Assembly: GCA_963781885.1 (NCBI GenBank)
Contig: CAWAHW010000001.1
Coordinates: forward strand, 1 to 64,000
Origin: an uncultured Spirochaetota bacterium
GTDB lineage: Bacteria; Spirochaetota; Spirochaetia; SZUA-6; Fen-1364
Length of the DNA: 64,000 nucleotides
Direction: 5' to 3'
The notes beneath the pieces are model-generated. The model ran no database searches and was not told where the DNA came from. It saw only the letters and a list, made by a program, of their open reading frames with translations. Shown in pieces: positions 1-9,210 of the stretch. Position 1 is the stretch's first letter; every line of letters starts with the position of its first letter. The position numbers were made by a program, and so were the translations under genes.

Positions 1-755
1 GGAACGGAGATGCTAAACTCGACTTTCTGGGAATCCAGAAAACTCACTGTTTCATCGCTGAAAAACGCTGAATCCTTACGCGACTCCACAATCACACCGG
101 GCAGCTGAGCTCGCACCGCGGCCACGCACGCCCCAATGAAAGCAAGTGAGCCCTTGGAGTCGTGCACGTTGCCTGGCCGATGATGGGCATCCAGGACTTG
201 ACCGCTTTGCGCCACGGTGCAGAACAACGGGTAGTAGCTTCTGGCCCCCTTCTTTTTATCATTATACCCGATGGCCGTCCCCTCGGCGTAACGGCCGCTG
301 GAGATCACCGAGCCATCGAAGTCCAAGGTGACCCGTGCCAGCCCCTGATGTTCAAGACGTTGCAGGACCAAAGCACGATTGAACTCTTGAAGGTTGGCAA
401 CGCTGTGCGCATCAGCCCGACAGAGCATCCGACTCACCGTACAGACATGAGGCAGCCGCCGCAATCCCAGTGCTCGTCGAATCAGCGGGTCCTCTCGGTA
501 GCGATCAATATCACGCAGCCGACGGTAGCCCAGCATCAAGTGCAGGATCATCAACAAGGCGACGCTGTGAAACCCTACCACGGAACCCTTCTTCCGATGG
601 GTGAAGCATCGCTGTAGTTTGCCCGCGACATCCATGTTTTTGAAAAGGGCTTGTAGTACCACGGTCCCAGAAAAAGATGTCAATCGTTGATCTTCGAAGC
701 GAAGCTCGGGGAACTTGTAGACGCGGGAGTGGATTTGTGCTCTACTGGGTTTCAC
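1..755 (-). CDS. IS1380-family DDE transposase, N-terminal part (not in the ORF track because there is no stop codon in the window)
   Basis: Manual translation from GTG at 755 after an AGGAGG RBS: VKPSRAQIHSRVYKFPELRFEDQRLTSFSG...LMLGYRRLRDIDRYREDPLI...VTLDFDGSV...GYNDKKKGARSYYPLFC...HRPGNVHDS...RKDSAFFS. These are IS1380-type motifs. Confidence 0.85.
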   Translation of the reverse strand, partial: MKPSRAQIHSRVYKFPELRFEDQRLTSFSGTVVLQALFKNMDVAGKLQRCFTHRKKGSVVGFHSVALLMILHLMLGYRRLRDIDRYREDPLIRRALGLRRLPHVCTVSRMLCRADAHSVANLQEFNRALVLQRLEHQGLARVTLDFDGSVISSGRYAEGTAIGYNDKKKGARSYYPLFCTVAQSGQVLDAHHRPGNVHDSKGSLAFIGACVAAVRAQLPGVIVESRKDSAFFSDETVSFLDSQKVEFSISV

Positions 756-885
756 GTTTGGTGGCCTCCTGGTCGGTAGATCTGACTCTTGGCGGAATCA
801 GGATTTGCCATATCAGGACGCCACTTTTTCATCTACACGTCAAGCGAATATCTGCCTTTTATGCATCTGTAAGGTATAGATAAGG
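1..885 (-). mobile_element. IS1380-family insertion sequence, partial (runs off the left edge)
   Basis: Carries the transposase below. A probable terminal IR reads CCTTATCTATACC on the minus strand from 885; IS1380-family ends typically start with CC. The adjacent MBL-fold gene is truncated at this point. Confidence 0.8.
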
Positions 886-1464
886 ATAGAATTAGAGACT
901 CATTGGAAATGCAACTTGGCCAGGCCGGCTGCGTTCCCGGCAACCTCTCGCTTGTGATTCTGACGGGCGGAGGTGCCGATTACGCCGGCAACTGCGCATT
1001 TCTCCAGCACAAGTACCGCGCGAATGTCGCCATGCATTGCGCGGACTTAGGTGCAATTCAGGGACCCTTACTTCCTAGCTCTCAAGGAAAAGGGCTCTTG
1101 GGCAAGATGATGATGAAGGCCCTGGAACCTCGCCTTCGGCAAATGTATGAGATCTTCGAAAGGTTCACACCGGATCTGTATCTGCAAGAAGGATCAAGTC
1201 TTCAGAAGTATGGGTTGGACGCCAAGATCGTCCACGTACCGGGGCACTCTCCCGGCGGCATCTCAATTATGACGTCCGAAGGAGTATCTCTTCTGCGGAG
1301 ACCTGATTGGGAACCCTAACGGCAGGCCGCGGTTCACGGCGATTGTCGACAACGCATCCGACATGAAGTCCAGCAAGAGGAAACTTGAATCTTTGATGAT
1401 TTCGACCATTTATCCTGGCTACGGTGCTTCATTTCCATATAAAAAACTGAGACAAGTATCCTGA
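886..1464 (+). pseudogene. Metallo-beta-lactamase-fold hydrolase, 5'-truncated and frameshifted (cassette 1)
   Basis: ORF 903-1319 has VILTGGGADYAGN and HVPGHSPGGIS. A second frame continues as LFCGDLIGN...TIYPGYG to TGA at 1464. The N-terminus is cut by IS1380. Confidence 0.7.
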
Positions 1465-1524
1465 GGTGAATTGACGCCGGATTGAACGTTCATGTCGAGA
1501 CACAACTTCTTGAAAGAAGCCGCC

Positions 1525-1641
1525 GCCTAGCAAATCGTTGGAGCACTCCGGACCAGAATTTGCTCCAATAGACCCGCTTCCGGTGCCGATCTTTGTGGTT
1601 TTTTGTTTGATGCGGGCCGGGTGCTCAACTCTATGTGGGCG
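1525..1641 (+). repeat. attC site 1 (degenerate cores)
   Basis: R'' GCCTAGC, 5-nt spacer, L'' GTTGGAGC ... L' GCTCAAC, TCTAT, R' GT-GGGC (one T missing). Confidence 0.85.
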
Positions 1642-1674
1642 GCGGTATATGCCTACGCCAAACCTTGTTAATGG

Positions 1675-1703
1675 TTGACGAAATTTGCGAAACAGCTTAT
1701 GCT
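1675..1703 (+). promoter_or_regulatory. Putative sigma70 promoter inside cassette 2
   Basis: TTGACG-17 bp-TATGCT upstream of an AAGGAGG RBS and ATG 1785. Confidence 0.5.
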
Positions 1704-1784
1704 GGCAATTAGCATAGCGGAGCAAGGCTTAAGATTTCAGGTTTTTGAATCATAAAGCTTATAGATAATTGAAGGAGGTCGTCT

Positions 1785-2639
1785 ATGATTTCTAGTAGCA
1801 AAGTTCTATTCTGTTCACTCTTGGCAGCTTCGCTTATTGCAGGACTTGGATATGCTCAAGACCTAGGAACCTTAACTAGCACAAAGGGAAAAACTCTCGC
1901 TGTCCAAGGACTTAAAGTCAATATCAAGTCTATTGAAGAATATCAAGGCGCCTGGCTTGATACGATTTACCTTACGCCAAACGCCGTGCCTATTCGATTA
2001 TATAGTGGAGTGATTCAATTCATAAACATAGCCAAGATTGTGGAATACCATGCAAACGCGACCTCTGCGAGCATAAGCTTAGATAGTGGGGGACAGGTTT
2101 CGGGAGCCCCTTTTGTTGGCTGTACGCTACTAATTAGTACAGTCCTTGGAGATATTAGCGTTTTAGCCGAGAATGTGGCCTCACTAAAGCTATCAACAGA
2201 CAATATCAAAATTAAGTACAAAGATATGAAAGCAACCCCGGGAGCGATGGAATGGCCTGATTCCTACAAAGCAAGAGCTACTTTTTCCTTCGTTGCCGGC
2301 GATAGCATTGAGGTTAGCAATCTCGCTGTGGTGTATATAGAATCCGGGCTAGATAATATGTGGATACCTGCCAAGCCCTACAGCACCTGGAAACTTATGC
2401 AGAATCTTCCAATAACGTTCAGTGACTTCGATACCGAACTCTCTTTTGATAAAGTGCAATACATCATATTAAAGAAATCCAGTTCTAATATTCAAGATCT
2501 TGTAATCTTTCTTAGGTCTGGCGAAAGAATTGATGCCAACATAAAAGAGAGTGCTAGTGTTCTAGCATTCCTAGGCACCACAGAAAGCGGATTCGTACAT
2601 ATGCCACTAGATAAGATTGCAAGGATAGATTTTAAATAG
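1785..2639 (+). CDS. Exported hypothetical protein (cassette 2)
   Basis: 284 aa, strong RBS, signal peptide ending GLGYA-Q, beta-strand-rich; no family recognised. Confidence 0.8.
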   Translation: MISSSKVLFCSLLAASLIAGLGYAQDLGTLTSTKGKTLAVQGLKVNIKSIEEYQGAWLDTIYLTPNAVPIRLYSGVIQFINIAKIVEYHANATSASISLDSGGQVSGAPFVGCTLLISTVLGDISVLAENVASLKLSTDNIKIKYKDMKATPGAMEWPDSYKARATFSFVAGDSIEVSNLAVVYIESGLDNMWIPAKPYSTWKLMQNLPITFSDFDTELSFDKVQYIILKKSSSNIQDLVIFLRSGERIDANIKESASVLAFLGTTESGFVHMPLDKIARIDFK

Positions 2640-2767
2640 GAACGTCCTATGTCATCATTGGTGAAATTCTGATCGTCAAAGTGTCATTGCACCCTCAGCT
2701 CTCAAGTTTTCTTGAAAAGCAAGGATCAGTGAGAAACGAAGGACGTAAGGAAAGTCAAAACGACGCC

Positions 2768-2882
2768 GCCCAACAAGTCGTTGGAGCACTCCAGGCAGAA
2801 TTTGGTCGAATACAGCCACTTTCGGTGCAAATCGGGGTGGTGCTGTCCTGATGCGGGCCGGGTGCTCAACTCTATGTTATAA
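2768..2882 (+). repeat. attC site 2 (best preserved)
   Basis: R'' GCCCAAC-AAGTC-L'' GTTGGAGC-ACTCC...CCGGGT-L' GCTCAAC-TCTAT-R' GTTATAA. L'' has one extra base relative to L'. Confidence 0.92.
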
Positions 2883-3057
2883 CTCCTCAGAACAAATGAA
2901 GCAGGCTTGATGGAAAGACACAGGAAAGGGCTACCACATCCTTGTTTGAACTCATACTCTTCAGTCCTTGTGCGAGGGCCGCGAAGCCTGTATTATATGT
3001 GCAACACTGAGGAGAAGATGGGCTTGACTTGGAGACCGGTCAAATGAAACTGTTCAT

Positions 3058-3594
3058 ATGAAGCATTATGGCTACTGCCCGTATGCGGAGCTCCATTTGA
3101 TCTGCCGAACAGGTAGGGTCAGATTATAAAATTGCATTCGTGCTCTCGTGCGGATACGAGTTTTGGCAGAATTCCAAGCCAGCTGTCTCCGCTCTCATCG
3201 AAAAAACGGACAAAGAAGGCTCTCATCCACTTCTTGCGCGCCGTGCGATTGAGCCACACAAAGGGATGTGGGGCATTCCTGGAGGGTACCTGGACAATGG
3301 AGAGCGCCCCGAGGATGGGCTTCGACGCGAGATTCAAGAAGAACTAGGCATAGCTCTTGAATACGCAGAACTCTTTTGTGTGAGATCGGCGAATATCCTC
3401 GAGAAGACGTTGCAAAGGAAGCCCGCTTTCTACTCGCTTTGTATTATCGCTGCGAAATTCCTTCCGACGCCATGCCTATCGCTGCTGATGATGTTGCAGA
3501 AGCTGCATGGTTTTCTTTGAAATCTCTTCCCATCGATATTGCATTTGCCTCAAATCGCAGGGCACTCGGTGCTTTGGCGGTTGCAGTTACGTAG
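3058..3594 (+). pseudogene. NUDIX hydrolase with N-terminal zinc ribbon, multiply frameshifted (cassette 3)
   Basis: MKHYGYCP..CG..CGYEFWQNSKPAVSALI and Nudix box GGYLDNGERPEDGLRREIQEELG. The C-terminus DDVAEAAWF...IAFASNRRAL is in another frame. Confidence 0.8.
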
Positions 3595-3775
3595 CGAAAT
3601 TGACACGGCGTTCGAATGAGCCGAGAGGCATAATACACAGGAAAAAATAGCTATTGGAGTTAAGTCTGCAAGTGATCGCTCGCTTTTCCAAAGTCTCGCG
3701 CCCGCCATCCTTGGCCTGGGTTATCTGTCAATGGATCAAGCTATCAAGGGAATGAGGGGGAGGGGATCGGAGTAG

Positions 3776-3890
3776 TCATAACAAATCCTCAGACCAGTCG
3801 CCTTAGAATTTTTCTAGGCAAACCCAACCTTGCCCTAGTCGTCGCGTGGTGCGAGTTGATGCGACGGCGCTGGGCACCTCTATGTTATAC
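3776..3890 (+). repeat. attC site 3 (divergent interior)
   Basis: R'' TCATAAC...AGAATTT...TGATGCG...CTCTAT-R' GTTATAC; same 115 bp length as site 2. Confidence 0.8.
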
Positions 3891-4001
3891 CCACGAGACT
3901 TTTTACCAGCGTCCATGGTAACATCCAGTGCCTTCTATTGGTAAGATCCGTTTGATACGGGGAGGCTTGAGTCTCACAGCAGATAAAGGAAAAAATACCG
4001 A

Positions 4002-4934
4002 ATGGCAATAGGCGAGAACAAGATACATTTTGACCTACAAAGGCGCGTCGTCTCCCATATGACGTCCTCGTCGTGGAGAACAATACCGCATGTGTCGTTC
4101 ATATACGAGCCAGATGTGACCGAGTTTATGAAAGTATATGCAAGAATAAACGATGATGCCGCCGAGAGAGAATACAAACTAACCTTGAATACGGTAATAC
4201 TGAAAATCATCTCGGAAGGACTGAAGAAAGCTCCTTCTCTAAACGCCTTCGTTGACTACGATCCGCAAAAGGGCGAGGGCAGCGTGATACTTAAAAAAGA
4301 CATTAACATAGCAATTCCTTGGCTGCTGCCGGATGGAAGAATGATCACACCGACCATACTTGATTGTGGAAACAAGTCATTTCGCCAAATTTCTAACGAT
4401 ATTGCAGAAATCAAAAGGAAGCTTTCGAATACGGACGTAAATGAGCTTCTTTTCAGCGCCATAAGAAATGATACTCTTAACGAAATTCGGAAATTCAATA
4501 TCGGCATTATTCGGAGAATAGTCGCAGCCAGAATTACCAAACGCCCGGTCAAAGGTTTGCGCGGAGGTGAGAAGAAACGCTACTACAATATTCCCAGTAG
4601 AGATAGGCTTACCAAAGACGATTTGCTGCTCGCTACAGTCTCGGTCTCCAACATCGGCTCACTGTACAAAGGCCTTCGCGGCTATTTCGGCATGCTGCAG
4701 ATTATCCCGCCTCAGGTATTCGCATTAGGGATAAACGCGCTGCAAGAGAGACCTGCAGCATATTTGAATTCGAGTGGTGCGCAGGAAGTAGGTGTTCGGA
4801 AATTCCTCCCACTTACTCTTGTATTCGATCATAGAGCCGTTGATTTTTCTGCTTTGATACCATTTATAAAGGAATGCGACGCGTTATTTGAAAATCCTGA
4901 GAGACTGAAGAGCCTGACCTGGCCGAAAGCATAA
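4002..4934 (+). CDS. 2-oxoacid dehydrogenase E2-type acyltransferase catalytic domain, stand-alone (cassette 4)
   Basis: IPHVSFIYEPDVT, SVSNIGS and LTLVFDHRAVDF; no lipoyl or subunit-binding domain. Confidence 0.8.
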   Translation: MAIGENKIHFDLQRRVVSHMTSSSWRTIPHVSFIYEPDVTEFMKVYARINDDAAEREYKLTLNTVILKIISEGLKKAPSLNAFVDYDPQKGEGSVILKKDINIAIPWLLPDGRMITPTILDCGNKSFRQISNDIAEIKRKLSNTDVNELLFSAIRNDTLNEIRKFNIGIIRRIVAARITKRPVKGLRGGEKKRYYNIPSRDRLTKDDLLLATVSVSNIGSLYKGLRGYFGMLQIIPPQVFALGINALQERPAAYLNSSGAQEVGVRKFLPLTLVFDHRAVDFSALIPFIKECDALFENPERLKSLTWPKA

Positions 4935-4999
4935 GCATTGAACTACTACTGCGTGATAGCCTACGTCCTGAAAGCATTGTTTGGCGAGAAGTGTCAGGG

Positions 5000-5102
5000 G
5001 TATGACAAATCTTTAAGGTGCTCCGGCGTGATTTTGCAGGAAAGACGCAGTCTTGGAGCAAATCGAAGTGCTGCGGGCCGGTTATTGGGCTCTATGTTAT
5101 GT
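5000..5102 (+). repeat. attC site 4 (degenerate, shortened)
   Basis: R'' GTATGAC-AAATC...CTCCGG...GCAAATCG...TGCGGGCCGG...CTCTAT-R' GTTATGT. Confidence 0.8.
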
Positions 5103-5192
5103 TCTATCAAGATTTCAGTAGCTGTCCGAAAGCCTCAAGCTTAAGAATGCCTCATTTCGCATTGTGAACGTTAAGGGCCCTTAAATGCGCAC

Positions 5193-5221
5193 TTGACATT
5201 AGCAGTTCAGCAATGAATATT
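5193..5221 (+). promoter_or_regulatory. Putative sigma70 promoter inside cassette 5
   Basis: TTGACA-17 bp-AATATT, ending 23 bp before GTG 5245. Confidence 0.4.
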
Positions 5222-5456
5222 GTAGCGGGACGGGACAATATCGCGTGAAAAAGGCATTCGCAACCATACTATTCATTCTCGCAACATTCAGCTGTTTTGC
5301 GGCTGACTTTAGAAATGCGTCATGGCAGATGACCCGGGATCAGGTGATTGCTTCCGAGCAAGGAGGAGTTGCCTCTGAAACAAGCTTCTCTGGCAAAAGC
5401 AGATCGTCTACAAGACATATGAATACCGACTTCCAGGCAACATCACCTATACTCTA

Positions 5457-6601
5457 GTGTCATGTAAACGACAGCTTTTTTAATTCTGACCTGCTTTCCG
5501 TACTCGGCGAAGGATTTGCTCAGCGCTTTTGGCCCACACGAAATGTTTGCCGGATTTGTTCCAATGATGAATGTAGTCCATGATCGCACGCTCGAGTTCT
5601 TTTACATTGTTCCAACTCCCGCGTCGGATGCGTTTGGTGGTGATTTCTGAAAACCAACGCTCTACGAGATTGAGCCACGAGCTATGCGTGGGAGTGAAGT
5701 GTACGACGAACCGCCCGGGGCGTGCTTCCAGGAAGTCACGCACTCTTTTGGTGTCATGGCTTGAGGCGTTATCCACAATCAGGTGCAACACCTTCTTCTT
5801 GGAAGTTCTACGGTCTACCAGGTCGAGAAACTCGATGTATTCTTTCTGTCGGTGCCGATCAGCAAATGCCCCAATCACCCTGCCTGAGACAACGTTTAGT
5901 GCCGCGTATAGGTTAGTTACCCCGTGGCGAATGTAGTCATTGCGTTTGACGTTCGGGAATGCCCTGGCGTAGGGGAAGGATCGGTTTAGCGCGTTCCAGC
6001 GCCTGAACCTGCGACTTTTCATCAATGCTGAGCACCAATGCGTTCTGCGGGGGGTTGAGGTATAGCCCCACAATTTCCTCCAGCTTCTCCTCAAAAGCCG
6101 GATCGTTGCTGCCACGGAAATGCTTTACCAGATGAGGTTTCAGGTCGTGAGCCTGAAGAATCTGATGCACTTTTGTGTGGCTGATGCCAACCTGCTTTGC
6201 GATTTCTCGTGTCGACCAGTGAGTGGCGTCTTTGGGCCGTTGGGTCTGCACCACCTTCAGGACTCGGTTAATCACCTTCTGATCAAGAGGAGCTTTTCCC
6301 GGTTTATGGTTTGGCTGCTTCAGTAGTCCATCCAGGCCGCGTTCGTTGAACCTACGAACGATCACGCTGACAGATACGGGATGTATGCGAAGAACCTCAG
6401 CGATGTCACTGGTGCGTTTGCCGTCCGCTCTGCCCAAGATGACTTGAAGTCGGGTGGCCTGTTTATGGTTCAGCGCCTCTCCCGTTAACATCTGCTCCAT
6501 CATGTCCCGTTCCGTTGCATTTAATTGCGGAAGTATCTCGATACGCATACGCATAGAATACCAAAAGAACTGCGATATCGCAACTCTTTTTTACAGGACA
6601 C
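5457..6601 (-). mobile_element. IS630-family insertion sequence, complete ends
   Basis: Terminal IRs GTGTCATGTAAA and TTTACAGGACAC, with TA duplicated at 5455-5456 and 6602-6603 in a CTAG target. Confidence 0.92.
5480..6554 (-). pseudogene. IS630 transposase split by a 1-nt insertion near 5940
   Basis: HTH region, SIDEKSQVQAL, DYIRHG, LIVDNASSH and FTPTHSSWLNLVERWF. The expected THDY reads CAATGAC instead of CATGAC. Confidence 0.85.
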
Positions 6602-6945
6602 TAGAAGAAGATAGGCTGCTCTCGGCAAGCTACAGATTTAGGAATGATCAAGACATGCAGCTCTTCAACCAATTTAATCAGGAACTATTGAAGCAGTATG
6701 GAAAGCCATCTTTTCAGACCGAGAAGCTGGTTGTATGGCGACTGGCAAAGACAGAGATCGCTTTGACTCATCTTCCGGACAATACCTGCTATGTCGCCTA
6801 TTGGGAGAAGGCCTATTTTGCGAAAATAAATCAATTAGCTAAGTCTGGACAATAGCAGATGGAATTGGATCTATTCATTTTAAAAGGATAGTGAAACATT
6901 AAGGAATAAAATGAATGAGTCCAAGAAATAGATTACAAATCATTT

Positions 6946-7715
6946 TAAGGACATAGGTAACACCCATTCGAAGGACATGGATAACATCTTCTCCACTAAG
7001 GAGGATGCCAACCATGCCGCGGGAGGGTGTTACGGTGAGTGAGCAACGTCATTAGTTCATCAGGGACTATATAGATGGCTACTATAGAAGGACCAAGTCA
7101 GCCAAGCGTTTCGATACGTTTCGAAAGACCGCCTACAAGTGGGTCAATCGTTTCACGGCAGATGGTTCGAAAGGTCTAGAAGAGCTCAGCCGACGGCCGC
7201 ATAGTTGCCCTTGGCAAATGGATGCGAGGATTGTGGCAGAGATCATCGCAATGAGAAGAGCGCACCGAGCTTCGGACCGAAGACCCTGCTGAAAAAGCAG
7301 CGAAACGCCACCGCTACCTCGAATTGCCAGCTGTGGTCGCACGCCTTTTTGGACCGACAGAGTCTGATAGCTGAGCCCCGAAGGTACCGTCGAGCCCATC
7401 CTGGATGCCCGAAGAACGTGGCTGCTTCTCCCAACGACACTTGGGCAGTTGAATACAAGGCACAGTTTCGGCTGAAAAGCGGCCAGTGCTGCCTCCCGCC
7501 AACTGTGAGCGATCTGTATTTTCGCTTCCTGTTGGGCTGCGAGGCATCGTGGCAGTTGGGGGGAGCCCACGGGTACAGAAAAGGTGCATAAAATGGGCAA
7601 TAGTGCGCCTCATGGAAACTGCGGGGTGTACTGCATCGAACTGATAACGGAGTGCCCTTTGCCTTCTCCGCCTTGGCTCGGCTTTCCGCTCTTCGTCTAT
7701 GGGTTCAGTTCGTTC
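6946..7715 (+). mobile_element. IS481-family element remnant (left end plus decayed transposase)
   Basis: Tandem GGACAT..TAACA end motifs at 6946-6986, RBS, ATG 7014. Reads MPREGVTVSEQR*...RKTAYKWVNRF...LSRRPHSCP...PNDTW...TDNGVPFA with a stop and frameshifts; the 3' part is missing. Confidence 0.8.
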
Positions 7716-7863
7716 AAAGTGAAAGCGGCGGGGAGCGGAGAAGGAACCGAAGAATACATTCACAAAAGGAGGGATTTTCTACAGTCGACTATGCCGAAAA
7801 GCGAACAAAATTGTGCCGATTTCTCGATTTCGGAAGGACGTTCCTCGGATTTATGCTGGCACC

Positions 7864-8910
7864 ATGGTGAAAAGTGGAGGGCTTGGGTGGCAATTGGCAT
7901 CCACTAACAAGCTGCTGACCCTCGGTTTCTTGACGGTTCTGCTCCTAATCTTCTCTGTTTCCGCGAACAACTTCTTCACCGTCAGGGGCGTCCTCAATCT
8001 CCTCGTACAAACAAGTACATTCACTATCATTGGCATCGGCTCCACCTTGGTGTTGATCATCGGTGGCGTCGATTTCTCCCTGGGAGCCTTGGTCGCGCTC
8101 GGCGGGGCAGGCGTGATAGTATCCGTGTCAATGGGCGCGCCCATCTGGTTGTCGATGATCGTCGGCGTCGGCCTGGGCGGACTCATTGGCTGCGTGAACG
8201 GATTCCTGGTCACGCGGCTTCGGTTACCGTCGTTTCTTGCCACGATGAGCATGGCGATGATTGTCTACGGGATGCTGAATTTCCTGGCATTCGTCGCTTT
8301 CAATTCCCCTCCTCCGCCACACCCTATACCTGAGAGCCTCGGGGACCTGGCCAATAGGCCGGTTTTCAGGATCTATTCCCATAATGCCGCCGGCACGCGT
8401 ACAGTCGTCTTCCCTGGAATTTCCTGGATCGTCATCATTATGGTGTTCGTTGCTGTGCTTCTACATTTCGTTTCGACGAAAACCAGGATCGGACGGTATT
8501 TCCATATAGTCGGCTCGAACCAAGAGGCTGCCCGGTTTTCGGGAATAATGGTCAACCGAGTCAAGCGGTTCGCATACGTGCTCGCGGGCATGCTGGCATC
8601 ACTTTCCGGTGTCCTGCTCACATCCCGGCTGGGGTTCCCACCCGGCGGGGCGACTGGCTATGAAATGATCGGGATCACGTGCGCCATGATCGGGGGAGCG
8701 AGCCTTTCCGGAGGGGCAGGAAGCATCGGGGGAACTGTGATCGGATCCTTCATCATATGCACCCTCGCCACGGGGCTGTCGATGATGAACACGAGCAATC
8801 CCGCCCTTCCGTTTCTTTTCAATGGCCCTGTCGTCATCGTGGCAGTGTGCCTAGACCAGATACGGAGTGGAGGATTGCGTCGACATCCGGAGTCCGGTCC
8901 GCACGATTGA
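7864..8910 (+). CDS. RbsC-type sugar ABC transporter permease, orphan (inside the array)
   Basis: IIGGVDFSLG, LPSFLATM, GSNQEAARFSGI and IGGASLSGGAGSIGGTVIG. Confidence 0.88.
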   Translation: MVKSGGLGWQLASTNKLLTLGFLTVLLLIFSVSANNFFTVRGVLNLLVQTSTFTIIGIGSTLVLIIGGVDFSLGALVALGGAGVIVSVSMGAPIWLSMIVGVGLGGLIGCVNGFLVTRLRLPSFLATMSMAMIVYGMLNFLAFVAFNSPPPPHPIPESLGDLANRPVFRIYSHNAAGTRTVVFPGISWIVIIMVFVAVLLHFVSTKTRIGRYFHIVGSNQEAARFSGIMVNRVKRFAYVLAGMLASLSGVLLTSRLGFPPGGATGYEMIGITCAMIGGASLSGGAGSIGGTVIGSFIICTLATGLSMMNTSNPALPFLFNGPVVIVAVCLDQIRSGGLRRHPESGPHD

Positions 8911-8978
8911 AGTTTAGAAACGGCCCTTTGTCGTCGGGCACATCATATCCCTTTGACGACGACTTTTTGCGCGGACCG

Positions 8979-9085
8979 ATGCATCGTAGAGTTCAGTACT
9001 CCAGGCGGAATCTTCTTGGATAGACCAGAGCAGATCGGTGTGCTTTCGTTCTGATTCGGGCCGGGTACTCACCTCTCTGTTTGCC
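8979..9085 (+). repeat. attC site 5 (degenerate)
   Basis: GTTCAGTACTCCAGGCGGAAT...TTCTGATTCGGGCCGGGTACTCACCTCTCT-R' GTTTGCC; R'' eroded to ATGCATC. Confidence 0.75.
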
Positions 9086-9210
9086 AGCGTCCGTAGTGGC
9101 AGACCGATACTGATGATTACATTTTCAAGCAAATAGGGTGTATTTCTTTCACGGCGGATTGCAGAAAGCGTTGCGATGGTGCATTATATCGGCACGGAGT
9201 ATGTTCGCCT

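Larger units (their letters stand above)
5245..6855 (+). pseudogene. Exported hypothetical protein interrupted by IS630 (cassette 5)
   Basis: Signal peptide plus ADFRNASWQMTRDQVIASE. Removing the IS and one TA rejoins ...GNITYTL-EEDRLLSASYRF... An extra frameshift lies near 5395. Confidence 0.8.

Noticed and set aside
162-617. 151-aa + strand ORF
   Set aside because: Antisense shadow of the IS1380 transposase.
1310-1320. GGAACCCTAAC as a possible R'' core or partner of GTCAGGTTCC (10961)
   Set aside because: It lies inside the MBL coding frame, has no L boxes or family sequence after it, and is on the wrong side to close that cassette.
5930-5950. Programmed ribosomal frameshift in the IS630 transposase
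   Set aside because: There is no slippery A-run at the break. It is a single extra base in the conserved THDY codons, so a mutation or sequencing error is more likely.
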